Source: Balanoglossus misakiensis (Eukaryota; Animalia; Hemichordata). Taken from it: a stretch of DNA of 64,000 nt. A program made the translations under genes and the position numbers. Each line of letters begins with the position of its first letter. The stretch's first letter is position 1. This document shows positions 11,196 to 23,546 of the stretch, piece by piece. The stretch covers positions 10,483,403-10,547,402 of the forward strand of contig CM082587.2 of assembly GCA_040954595.2 (NCBI GenBank), given 5' to 3'. Under the pieces are notes generated by a model. It was given only the letters and a program-made list of their open reading frames with translations. It had not been told where the DNA came from and ran no database searches.

Positions 11196-11971
11196 AATTT
11201 CTTTAAAATTAGGGATATGCTATTAATGCCATATGAACGTCAGACAAGACGGAAACTTTTTATTCTCAAAACTGTCTGTTGTTTGCTGTTAAATATTGCA
11301 AAAGGTTAAGGGCCCTTTTCGCACGAGACACATGGCTTTGCAGCCGTAGGTCCCAATGTCATAACGATTACCCGAACTACCCTAATTTTAGCCCGCCGAC
11401 CCAAAACAGTTTAGATCTTCGTAAACCGGAAGTAAAAATAACGATGTCAAATATACAACAATTCATGAAAATTGCGAGAATCACGCAAGAACTATGATCT
11501 CATTCTTCTACACTACGATGGCCAAAGATATAAAAAATTGAAAAATAAAAAAATGTCCCTTTCTACCTACACTATTTTTGAAAACCATGTAATCGAAATA
11601 GCACATATTAGTTTTTTGGCCTAAGACATATCCAATTTCCCAACTGAACATGACACGTGATCAAGCATTTTCGACTTATCAGATGCAATCGCTGAACACC
11701 TCACACTGAGCGAGGTTTTGTCTTTTTGTGTATGCGCCCTTTGTATTTGTGCGTGACATGACCAAGCCTTGTTAGGATTTCCCGTAAAATTCTACTCAAA
11801 TGATGTATACTTTCATACTTACGACTGACAGGTATTTTCAGCGTTGCCAGCTGATTGTTTGTCAGGTACCGCTTTATAACAAGACGCCCCTCTGAGTTGA
11901 TAACCTGCAATGTAACATCATTCAATTGGTCTAGTCATGTTAGCATTAGTAAAATGCTTCAAAAGTGTTAA

Positions 11972-12262
11972 AGGGACATGATACAAGACACCGTTTATGT
12001 TAGTGAATGAACGTTCAACCACACACAACTTCCATCCCTCTTGTATGATACGAGAGTAAAAACTCGCCCGAAATGAATAAATGGTAGAGACCGTTTATTC
12101 ATTTTGGCGACTTTTTAAAACTCTCGTGTCTATACAAGCGGAGTGGAAGGTGTGTATGGTTGAACGTTGATTCACTATATCCACATGTAGAATAATATAA
12201 ACGCAGTCTTGTATCAAACATAATTAATGGAAAAAGGGCAGCGAGAGAGAGACTTTGTCCCT
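11972..12262. mobile_element. Palindromic MITE with TTAA TSD (Kolobok-type AG..CT ends)
   Basis: TTAA|AGGGACA ... TGTCCCT|TTAA; the arms are inverted around a central AAATGAATAAA/TTTATTCATTT hairpin. Confidence 0.8.
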
Positions 12263-12749
12263 TTAATGAATACAGCCACAATGTTCTGTTTATATCTACT
12301 GACGGACCAGGCATGGATTGTCACGTTTAATTCTTTGAAACGATTGGTCCTCTGAAGAAATCTGAGCACTCATCTACTCAGTTTGCTTATTTTTTCTTCC
12401 TCCACCAGTCAGTGGTATCGTCCGATTTGAAACTCCACTCTAAGCCTCTTTCTGAATGGCTCTTTAAGTTGTGATCTGTAAGTCTTAAACCTTTCATCAC
12501 CCCCCCCCCCCCGTTTCCTCTTTAGAGGTCCAACATTACCATAGAAAACAATTGGTTTGGACTGAACCATGTTGGTGAAAGGGCTAGGGTCAATTCAACT
12601 TACCTTCTGGACATTCATATTTCACAAAGGGTGTTCCAAACAGTGCTCCAAGATCCAATTGCTGTGACAAAAAAACAATAAGTTAGCTGCCAGTACACTC
12701 AATGATGTACGCGCAGAACGTCAACTGGTAAACTGTGCGCCTGTGTCTC

Positions 12750-12925
12750 TTCCCATAGGAGTACATGGAGAATAGCTAGAAAACTCACTTCTACTATTGT
12801 CATTTTCATGAAATTTTACACATAGCTCCGACAAATCAAAATAAATTCACCACGCTCTATTTTGAGATAAACTTTGTTCAATATTGTATCCATAGACAAA
12901 CCATTGGTAGAAAATGCTGACCGTC
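12750..12925 (+). repeat. Dispersed repeat fragment (homologs at ~17630-17850 + and ~18285-18430 -)
   Basis: Shared TTCTACTATTGTCATTTT, TTTTGAGATAAACTT and CATAGACAAACCATTGGTA..AAATGCTGA blocks. Confidence 0.65.
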
Positions 12926-13078
12926 AGCAGTTTTCTTCAATTATCGACTAAATTCACGGCCTTGTTTAAAGTCGAAAACAAGTACCCAAAATGGATTTTC
13001 ATTATACATACAAATCAGAAACGAAAATCCACGATTAAAAGAAATGACAATGCTTTCAATTTTACTGATCGTACATCC

Positions 13079-13402
13079 TTAACTCGCTGCCCTTTTCCAT
13101 GTTTGATACAAAACACTGCTTATGTTAATGTAAATGTGGATATATAGTGATGCAACGTTCAACCGCACACACCTTCCATCCCGCATGTAGACACGAGAGC
13201 GAAAACTCGCCAAACTGAAAAATCGGTCTCTACCATTTATTCATTTTGGGCGAGTTTTTACTCTCATATCATACAAGCAGGATGGAAGTTGTGTGTGGTT
13301 GAACGTTCATTCACTACATATACACATGCCCATTAATATAAACGGTGTCTTGTATCAAACATAATTAATGGAAAAGGGCGACGAGAGAGAGAGTTTGTCC
13401 CT
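13079..13402. mobile_element. Second, inverted copy of the 11972 MITE family
   Basis: Shares GAACGTTCAACC and TCTTGTATCAAACATAATTAATGGAAAAGGGC; ends TTTGTCCCT|TTAA. Confidence 0.75.
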
Positions 13403-14164
13403 TTAAGGCGACATGATGCATGAAGTGGCGAAAGATAAACGCGACTGACCACCACAAGATGGCATTAAACACTGTCAAGCAAGGCACTTCAAATGCCAAT
13501 TGTTTAAGTGTGTACTAAGTAATAGGTTCATGTACCATATCCTGGGGGGGGGGGGTCAAATCACAACAGTTGGACATGTACGAATATGAAGAGACGATAT
13601 CAGTTTTTTCATGTCTTCCTTTAGTAAAAAATCTTTCTTGAACTTTGTAGTTCAAATATAGAATTCATTGAACTTTACTTTAGCTTATGAACTCTCATTT
13701 GCACATCGTCATCTTGAAATTGTGTCGACTTTATCATAAGGTTTTTATCACTCAACTTGGTCGCAAAACCTATTTAAGTTAGTGAGAATAGGACGTTCAC
13801 CTTTTAGGTTTAACGAAGGTTGATGGCTACAGCCGTTAATCCTGACTCATACACATGTTGCAGCCAGTATACTCTGCAGACATTGGACACAACATTTTTA
13901 CGAACCATTAAATTTTATTGGACCATCAAGTTTATTGACCCATGACGTTCATATAGATTTTATGACACGACCGACGCTATAATCGGTCCATACCTTCGGC
14001 GAGTCAAGTGTTTTATAACATCATAAGATATTAATACCTATCACCTAGTCAAACGATTTCAAGTTATAAAATTTCCACGCCAATAGGACGCCTTTAGGTG
14101 GAAATGCAACCAGGTATCCTGAATAGGAAAATATTCTGGGTATCTGTCAAGTTTAGTCCCATAT

Positions 14165-15335
14165 TTAGGGGACCAAGCGCCCTCAGGCGCTTGGTCCCCT
14201 TCTGTTATTGCTGGAGTTTGTCTTCTTTCTTCTTGAGTCGTTTTTTTGCGCCCGTTTTTCTCTGAAATTCCGGCAGGTGCGCCTTCCAAATTTGGCACGG
14301 TGGTTGGGGTCCATGAGTACTGGTGCACCTGCCCTTTGAATTTGTAATTAGTCACGTGACTTTGTGGCTATAATCGAGCGAAATTTTCAAATTGACCTAA
14401 TTTGCACGTTAATGGGGGCATGTACATTCTTTTCGCGATTTTTGTAGACCATGTGGCCAAAATCCCCTGTGCCAAATTTCAAGGTCCTAGGCCACGCCGA
14501 TTTTGAGAAGAAGATTTTTGTAATATTTTTTCGCATTTTTGGTGGGCTGAGGACGGACACTGGGGCATCGGACTTTGACCGTCATTATGACCGTCATTAC
14601 GTTTTTGCCCAAATGTATAAGGTGATTTGGATGACCTCTGTCATACAGTGCCATATCTCAGCCCGTTGTACAGGTGCAGCTTTGGTATTTGCAGGGATGA
14701 AACTATCATGAAATGTCAAATACAGGGGGATACCTGTGACACCTGCTTGATTCATGTATTACGTGCATACCTAATGTTAGGCAAAGTGAAAGGGCTGCAA
14801 ATGTAGGATTTGTTGCACATGACATTAACAGGAATGAAATTTTTTTGTCAAATTTTTAGGTGACCTCAGGTGTCCATTGACCTGCTTTCCATATGTTAGC
14901 ACGCACAGCATATATAGCCAGGTGTTTGGAGGGGTAGGGTAGGACCGTCATGAAATGCTAAATTCCTAGGGCCACCTGTAACTTACTTGCGTAACTCATT
15001 ATTATGGCCATACCTAATTTTAAAAACCCAAAGGGCGAGAATTTTCCGTTGTCTTGAATATGAACCAAATAGGAATCCAAATTTTTGGCCCAATTTTTGG
15101 GTACCTTCAGCTGACCTTTGAAGTACTTAACTGAAGTCCTTACATAACGTAGAAGTTCACTTTTGGTTGTTGTGTTTGTACTTGTAGGACATCCATTTCG
15201 GGGGGTTGCCTACTTCCCCATATCTCCACATCCAGAGCAAATACAGCCTACGCATTTGAATGGTACAACCCTGAATGGAGTCTAATGGTTATTATCTCTA
15301 TGCTTTGGCCCCTTCAATGCTGCTTGCAGCTTTAA
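14165..15335 (+). mobile_element. Helentron-associated non-autonomous element (HINE/DINE-like)
   Basis: Perfect 15-bp 5' hairpin AGGGGACCAAGCGCC/GGCGCTTGGTCCCCT (14167-14200), then a TTC-rich tract; 3' subTIR CTTTGGCCCC and stem-loop GCTGCTTGCAGC; T-rich flanks. Confidence 0.7.
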
Positions 15336-15423
15336 TTATTACTATTATTATTGTCACGATATAAAGACACCAACTAAAAACTTACAAAATCACAATGTCT
15401 TCACAACTCAAAATTTCACTCAC

Positions 15424-16490
15424 TTCTTTTAGTTTGGTAGCCACTCCTCCTTTCTGTCCTAGCATAACAGGAGCACCATCACTGCCCAAAGCAGACAGAC
15501 AATCTCTTAAGACAATACCATTCTCTGAAGAAAACTCTTTCACTGACTGTGCAATGGTGTCTGCTCTGCCATCACCAACCTGAAAAAGTGAAAATAAAAC
15601 CTTGATGTTAACACATGCAATGTACAACTCAATGTTTGTCTCACCTGAAATAACTAGTCAGCAAAATCAATTAAATGAGGTCACTCAAAAACATGTTTAA
15701 TCGTATGTTTTTAATTCAGTGTAGACTTAACAATTGAAAAACTTTCCACTTACTTCTTTAACTCCAAGGAAAGACACAAATGACTTCCCAGACTTCAAGA
15801 TGTACTTGGAATAGATGATTAATTGCTTCAATACAGCCACATCAGTTGTTTCATCTATTAACAGTGAATAGAAGTTACTTCCCTTCATCTTCTCTAAAAT
15901 CTCATCACGGATGACTTTGCCTGAAAAATGAAATAAATGAAAATTCACAGTAATTTGTACAGTAATTATTATTTATTGAGTGTAACACTATTGCTTAAAC
16001 AGTGATCCTTTCTTGAAAACAACCAGGTTTAAATAAATGTTACTACATTGCATTGCCTACAATTTAGATCTGCACAAAAATCAGTAGACCTACTTACCAA
16101 TGCAATAAACCATTATAGTTGTGGTCATCACTGCTGAGAGTACCAAGGAATGAACACCCGAGGGACTTTGCCAATTCCAAAACATGGATGAAGTTGGTGG
16201 TGTGCGGCAATTCTCTGTGCATGAGAAAATACATGCATCGTAGGACGCCGATGCATAAAGGCTTGCGTCTCAACGGTGATGACCTTTTCAAATGCAGCCA
16301 CAAGACCGCTGCTGTTCTCGGTAATTGTTGCCTCGGCGTCAAGCTGCATTGCCGTCCAGTGGATCATCGTATCTTCATGCTGCTTGTGTTTGTCTTCGCG
16401 AAGGGTGGTACATGTACAATGAGATGTTGTAACCCAAGTCCCTCCGCACTTGGCCTTCTGCTTGTGTTCTCTACAAAGGCGACAAAACAT
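15424..16490 (-). pseudogene. Spliced hAT transposase relic (ZNF862-like), three exons, frameshifted and truncated
   Basis: Exons ~16490-16098, 15920-15754 and 15579-15424 with GT/AG sites; MFCRLC..H..H zinc finger, ELPHTTNF, LLIDETTDV and LGSDGAPVMLG motifs. Confidence 0.85.
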
Positions 16491-16624
16491 CCCTAAACTG
16501 AATAAATATCATTCTCTCAAACGTCAGCCGCATGCGGGAGCGTGCACCAGAAACAATAAATATTTACCCGGGCGGGAATGAAAAGAAAGCAGGGCGCGCG
16601 TAAGATAGCAGGGTGGCAAAAAAT

Positions 16625-16680
16625 AAAGGAGGGCGGGTCTGCCCAGCTAACCCCCCCCCCCCCCAAGTATTAACGCTCTG
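16625..16680 (-). mobile_element. Probable hAT 5' terminus (CAGAGCGTTAATAC...)
   Basis: CAG-starting end upstream of the hAT relic; no partner TIR found. Confidence 0.4.
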
Positions 16681-19600
16681 TGTTTACCATAGACTAATAG
16701 TGTCTCAAATTTTACCCTGTGTGAACCTGGTAAGAGACGTGTCTCAAATCTGAGAAGATTCAGGACCACTTAAACCATTCACCAATAATAATTTATGCCA
16801 GTATTTGATCTGAGACGTTTTAGCAATTTCTTAACGGTCCTTGTGTGACCCCCATATCAGTTGAAGCTGACAAATCCAGTATTTGGATTATTTACATGGA
16901 TTTTGTGTACAGTGTGAATTGTAATTAAAGCTCCATTACCTTTAACTTTTTCCTGTGTTTTCAGTATCTTTGTTTAGCAGTTTCTTGTGCAAATTCCCGA
17001 AACATGATGAAACATATATGTGTATGGTCAGCATTGTTATTGTGCCAAATTGGAATTTAAGTCCAGACTAGAATCTATGAATTATTGTCAACAATGACAA
17101 TGGCCATTATACACATACATTCTGTGCTGACAAGTAACAATCTGTATGGAGTAGAACATGAAATCGCATTTGCTACATAGAACAAAAATACTGGAAATAA
17201 AGCCAAAAGATACAACGAATGTATATTTAACTTTAACTGCATTCTCATTCTCATCTGTATATATTTTACTGAGATTGTTTCATCAGGGTTTATCAGTATT
17301 CTAAACCAGCGTATGTGTGCATACAATCTGATTAAAATCAGATGTAGGGTACGGCGACGTCTTTTACTTCGCAGTACGGTATTCTTATACTGTCGCCTCA
17401 CACTACATCTGACCAACTCCCATAGAAGCTCCCGTTGAAAACTCTAGTAAACCAATCAGACGGTGCCTTATAGAGAACTTTAGGTATCCTTCAGTTTTGA
17501 TTGACATAAAGTGCAATCTGATTGGCCTGGCCGCAACGGGACGTTGAACAAGCTTCTATATCTGATTCATATAATACTGAAAGGGTCAAGAATGGCATAC
17601 ACTACATGTATGAGCTCATGGAATGTGTTTCTTCCCATAGGATGACATTAAGAATTGATAGAAAACCCTTTTCTACTATTGTCATTTTTATGAAGTTTTA
17701 CTCATAACTCATCCAAATTAAATTAAATTCAGTGATTGATATAAGTTGTAGGCTCACCACTGTGCTCAGTTTTGAGATAAACTTAAATGTGTCCATGCCT
17801 ATAGAAAAATAACATAGAAAGACCTATGGTGAAAAATGTTGACTTTAATTCAGGCTGCATTAGTGGAAAAATAATCATACTTTGTCTGGCATAGAAACTC
17901 AGAATCTACAAAAAAGGCCTTTAAAACATGAATGGAAATGAAAATACTGCTACAATAAGAAATTCTTACCTTGAATAAAGTATTTATTGGTACCACCACT
18001 TCCATAAAGAAACCACTGTGCTGGTGTATTGAGTTGTCAATCTGGGTTTGCCCGTTGGCCTTGCTTTGAGTTCCAATTCATGATGATGGTGTATTAGGAC
18101 ACTGGACTTGAAACAGGTGTATGCTGGTATTATACGCGTTGAAAGTATTGTCATTCTTTTAATTGTGGAATTTTGGATTATCCTGTGTATGTATAATGAG
18201 AATCCGTTAAAAATTGTAGGGGTCATTGCCCTTTTAAAAAAAATACAGAGCCATGAATTTAGTTGATAATAGAAGAAATTTGCTGTCTCAGCATTTTTTA
18301 CCAATGGTTTGTCTATGGGCGAAGATTTTAACGCAATTTATCTCATAATAGAGCATGGTGACCACATAATTTTTTTTGACCAATGAATTTACGTTTACTT
18401 GTCTGAGCTATGTGTAATATTTCTTGAACAAAAACTATTCTTGAAAAGTCCTGGGGAAAAATCAAGCCAGCCATTATTTATTGTATTGAAATAGATGGGG
18501 GGAGGCACAATGAAAATGGCATATGGTACTCCATAGATTTCTGGAAACCACTGGTGAACTTGTTGATAAGTATTGAGCAATCTGAATGATATGTACACAG
18601 TGGGTATTTGGTTGTAGACACAAGACCTCTCGGCAAAATTTTCATCAAAGAGGTTTTAAATCCGTAACCAAATATAAGTGCACACCATTTAAAATGTCAT
18701 TTATAATATGATTTTGCGTGATAAAAAATCTGATGTTTTGATTTTAAGTATTACATGCCAGAAAGGCCTCATTGCTCATGTAAAATGCCACTTGTACAAA
18801 CATGTTGTAGAATTTCTTAAGTAGAGCGCCTTGATGCCCATGACCAATCCAAGTTTATAAACTGTGTTCTATTAGTCCTGTTTCAAAATGATCTACATTA
18901 CAGGTCCTATGCACATGTAGCAAATGTTCTGATTGGTTCATCCGCTTCTCTAAGGTCCACTTGTGGCACGCTGATTGGAGGGACCTTGTGTGTTAGGTCT
19001 TATTACTATGTATTATTCACTTTACAGCTCCCTGATTGGTTAAAGTGTAGGTCTGGTCCTCCGGTGTTCACTACCTCATTATAGGTTAGGTCTTATTACT
19101 ATGTATTATTCACTTTACAGCTCCCTGATTGGTTAATGCGTAGGTCTCCAGTTTTCACTGCCACGTTATACAGCTGTAGTGATTTCCGCGACTCGACATA
19201 AAGTTACAACGAAACATGCCAGACAAATCTTCATGCGTTGAATTTTCATGCTTAATACTTCTCTCTGTCCCCTAATGCATTACAAGGCACGTTGGCTTGG
19301 TGTTTCCTATTGCTGCTTACGGATACAAACTACACGTTTTTTTTATTTGACTGGCGCATTGGCCGCATGTACAACAGCGAGGGCTGTGAATGACAAGCGG
19401 GAACAATAGAGCTTCAAGGAAACATATGGGGCTACTCGAAAATTGTGGCCGTGTGAGAACAGATGTTCGCAGTCGACTGACCAGTTAGTGCAAGCCCTCC
19501 TTGATTCTCGTGGGTCAGTTGTACCGGTCATACCCGACATATACGATCCCAATTTATATACTGAAAAAGTGATTTCCGTGATTTTCATTTTGAATATTAC

Positions 19601-19978
19601 GTCCTAAAATGGAAAATTTGTCCTATTTTGCACCTTCCCGAATTTTTTTTACAATATTCAGCCCATAATTTTCTGATAAGTTAGCCAACGCTCTGAAATT
19701 TACACTAAATTCTCCTTACCACAGAGATACGAAAATTACACAGACTATATGATTCATACTGTCATTACCATTATTATAACAAGTCAAAAATGTGATTTAA
19801 TCCAAAAAAATCCGAATGCATATCAAAAAACGGTAAACAAAATCTCTTTACGTGTGTTATACACAATACATACAATTAGCTCGAAATGTTCAGAATGTCT
19901 CAGATGTTCAGAATAAAAGACCTTAATGTCAAAAAATACAATAAATAATTATGTCTCATTGCCGTCGGCGAACAGATA

Positions 19979-21095
19979 CTACCTTAAGTTATGATACAAG
20001 TTAATGTGTCTCTGTGCCAAGAATGTACATACTTTGACAATAACTGGCATAAACCAACGAGGATGGCGATATATTTCGCTAGTTACTCGATATGTTTTGA
20101 TATACTTAATGCTGTGTTTGATATTCACACGGGCTTGATTGAACTCTCGATTAAAAACTCGCTTCTCCACGCGAAATGGGCCTACGAGTTGACGGGATGG
20201 GTACCTCGTTAGCAGTGGATATCTGTTTGGATAACCCTGATAAGCCAACAAGTAAGTTTCACGTGGAATCGGCAATTCTCCAGTAGCTGGAATTGTGCTG
20301 CATCGTTAGCATGACCAAGAAATCCAGATTGGATGTGTATAATGCTCCCCTGGTTGTCCACAAAGACTTGAGTGCTCATGCAATGATATCTTGCATACCC
20401 GCTGTAAAAGAGGTTATTGTATTGGCCTTCAGATTCGGGTCGGTATTGTACCGATGGCATCCGGAAAGAAATCCCACTGACCTCGTAACTGATGGCAACG
20501 TTGCATCGTAGGCCATCGTACCATGCGGCGAAAGTAATGCCAAAGTAAAGGCAAAATATGGTAAATTTCTCTGTTTGCAGTCCCTCTGCTTACTCCAAAC
20601 CAAGCTGCCAATAAATCCAAAGTGGGGTAATGTCTTAACCAAACGAAAATCAACAAAAAAACGATTTTGTGGGTCCAGAGAAAATGGTCGCCCGGAAGAT
20701 CCATTTACGTCACCTCGATTGCGGAGCCGCGGTTCCAGATCTCTAACAATGGCTTCAAATGACGGAACTGTCTCTCCTGTCAAAAACCACAAGTAGCGTG
20801 GTCTTTGAGACAATGAGCTCCAGACGTCGATACCATGTGTGTCGTTATTACCATTGTTGTCCGGGAAGAGTAGTCTGTAAATGTCCGGCGGTTGTTCCAT
20901 TGGTGGACGCGAAACAGACAAAAGAAGTGTGAGAAGCAGCAGTAATAGTTCTGTTTCACCAGACTGTGTTAGCATACGCAATTCTTCTTCACAATAAATG
21001 GGAGGATGGATAGCCACAGAAATGAACTGCAAGGTAGCAAGTAAGCTGAGAAGTTGCGAAATCATCAAGACAACGTGATTGCGTTGCAGCGACAT
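19979..21095 (-). pseudogene. Harbinger-type transposase (HTH_Tnp_4 plus DDE_Tnp_4), multiply frameshifted
   Basis: Four overlapping ORF pieces join: LTGETVPSF, LLIFVWLRHYPTLDLLAAWFGVS, FPDAIG, FYSG..RYHC, GFLGHANDAAQ, LLAYQGY, ARVNIKH. Confidence 0.9.
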
Positions 21096-22131
21096 TTTGA
21101 TGTAGATTTTCAACTGGAGTGATTGTAGTCCGATGAGTCAGTATTTAGACATGAAAGCTTTCGATAGAACAGGTGTCAACAACCTTTCCTACCAATCATA
21201 ACCGTGAAATTAGTTAGACATAAATTACAGGTGCTTTAGGGCCAAAAATGATAGTTGCTTCTACCCGAAATATAACTTCGTAGGTTTCAAACTGAGTCCA
21301 CCCATTCTATGGAGTTGATTAATGCAGTGTGAATTTAAAACAAATACCAAATCACAGGAACTATTATGAGAATGTCACGTGTCTACTAGACAAAAAACTT
21401 TAATCATGTAAGTACACTGGCGTATCTGAAACCAGCTATATAATATACACAAGTCTGCATTTGAGTAATTTCGTTGCTCTGTGGGAACTACCCATGGTCG
21501 ACATATACTTGTCAATAGGATTGTACGTAAAATAAATGGAACTTACTACTGTAATTTAAAATTTACCTTGAAAAACTATTCTGATAAAATAAATAAAATA
21601 AAAACTTTGCCACCGTGCTTAATTTTTACAGAGATCTCCTCAGAAAATTCCAACCCTAAAGATCCACTGAAGAAACGTGATGACCGAACAATTTTGCTCC
21701 ACAATATTTCCTATTAAATTTTGTTTTCTAAATTTGCAGAGTTGTTCTGTTCTCCACAAAACACTTTGACAAAAATGGAAATCAGCTTTCAGTAAAAATG
21801 GCACTGATATTTTCATACTCTGAAGCCCTAAGTTTGTTTTACCATGGTTATACCAGCGAAAATTTGTCACGAGTTAAGAAAATGTATGAGTGGTAAAAGT
21901 GAAAGTATTGACATTTCTCCTAATAGTCGGTTTTGGGATTCTTCTTTGTCCCCGTTATCAAAATCTGAAATAAAATACGAGGGTCACCGCACTCATTTGT
22001 GAGACACAAGACCATGCATTGTAACTCCGAGAAAAAAACCTGAGTCAGCATTTTGTCCCCAAGAGATCATTCTATTCATTTTGTCTCCAAATTAAGTGCG
22101 TCGGCTATACACATTTATTTCATCACACATC

Positions 22132-22157
22132 TTGATGATGATGATGATGATGATGAT
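22132..22157. repeat. (GAT)n microsatellite
   Basis: TGATGATGATG run. Confidence 0.85.
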
Positions 22158-22428
22158 TACATAATACGAGTCTTTCATTATGCTCATATGATAGTATTGA
22201 TGACCTTCTATATCTGGTTACGTTCATAAAGGCCAACACAATCACCATGTTTGAAGATCTCCTGAGGATTTGCATTACAAAGATCACTGCAAACGTGAAG
22301 CGTTTTCTACAGTTTAGTTTTGATTGGTCAATTGCTATTGTAAATTCAAAGTTAAACAGGTGCTCGTAGTCCAAAGATCACGGTGGTCATCTCTCAATGT
22401 AAAACTTTTGTCTTTCTCAACAACCAAC

Positions 22429-23546
22429 ATGGCTGCAACACCACGTGTAGCACGCGTTCCTGTAACAGAAGCCGAAATCGGACTAGTTTCTGCCGGAATG
22501 CGAGTCCATAATACTGATTATGACGCCATCGTCCGTTTTATCAGGCAATCCCCTCGCTTGATGATACAAAGTGGTTTGCCGGAAGAAACCGTGAGGCTGT
22601 ACACCAACGGTCTCATGCGACAACTACGGCGACGTGTTCGCAATATTGTGATAAGGCGTGTAGCTGGGTGAGTTGTCATTTTTTTATAGATTATTTTGAG
22701 AACTTGACGTCAGTAATAATATAGCTAGTATGTACAAACAGAACGTTTTTTGTTGCCGGCCTGATGTATTTTCTGGGGAATACATACAGACCAAAACCCT
22801 TGATAGAATAGTGGTGGCAATTACGTTTGATTTCAAATTTCCCGCTAATCTGTCGTCATTTCGCGGGATTTTCTGTGAAATGGCGAAATTAACATATAGG
22901 GTCAGACAGTGTTTAAAATAAGATTGGTAGTGTTACTGGCTACGCATTTTTCTTGGCCTGAGTAGTACCTTTGTTCTCTCACATCCAGAAACTGATATTG
23001 TTCGTTTTTTTATCATTACAGTGCTCGTCAAATGAGAGAGCAAGAGATGCGCTATGCGGCCCTAGCTTCCCCCGATGAGAGAAGAGCCCGACAGCAAGGA
23101 GGCCAGCCGCAGTTGCTGGCAGCTGCTGTACATGTACCACTGCTGTACATGTACCACTCATGCCAGGGGTGGTCCAGGCTCAGGCTGGTGGACAGCCAAT
23201 TCAGCCGCCTGTTCCGGTTGTGCCACCATTGCCGGAAAGACAGGCCCCTGGACCTGTTCCTATGATGGTTCCCGATCCATATCACTACCCATTTGATCAA
23301 CGGGAAGAGCCTGTGCCCGGACCAGCAGAAGACCCTGCTGATGCTGCGGACGCAAGGGACATCCCCTTGCCGGAAGAACCCCTTCCCGATAGGCAGCAAC
23401 CACGACAGGGTAGAGTGCGGCTGTATCAACTCGTCCGGGAAGCCCACGAGTTATACATTATTTTTTTAAGGAATGACCTTCCAGATACGATTGCCAACAT
23501 CCACCGCACGTTGGAGAGACTGAACGAGCATTTAGATGGACTTTGA
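22429..23546 (+). pseudogene. Harbinger accessory gene (Myb/SANT-like N-terminus), two exons, disrupted by a 17-bp duplication
   Basis: Exon 1 22429-22667 (GG|GTGAGT) joins in frame to exon 2 from 23022 (TTACAG|). Removing one CTGCTGTACATGTACCA copy (23123-23156) restores a 248-aa ORF. Confidence 0.8.

Noticed and set aside
19979-21113. Domesticated HARBI1 host gene
   Set aside because: Multiple frameshifts, lost catalytic residues, and enclosure by TIRs with a TSD.
22123-22374. ORF ending in poly-His
   Set aside because: The His run derives from the (GAT)n microsatellite and the ORF is antisense to the accessory gene's upstream region.
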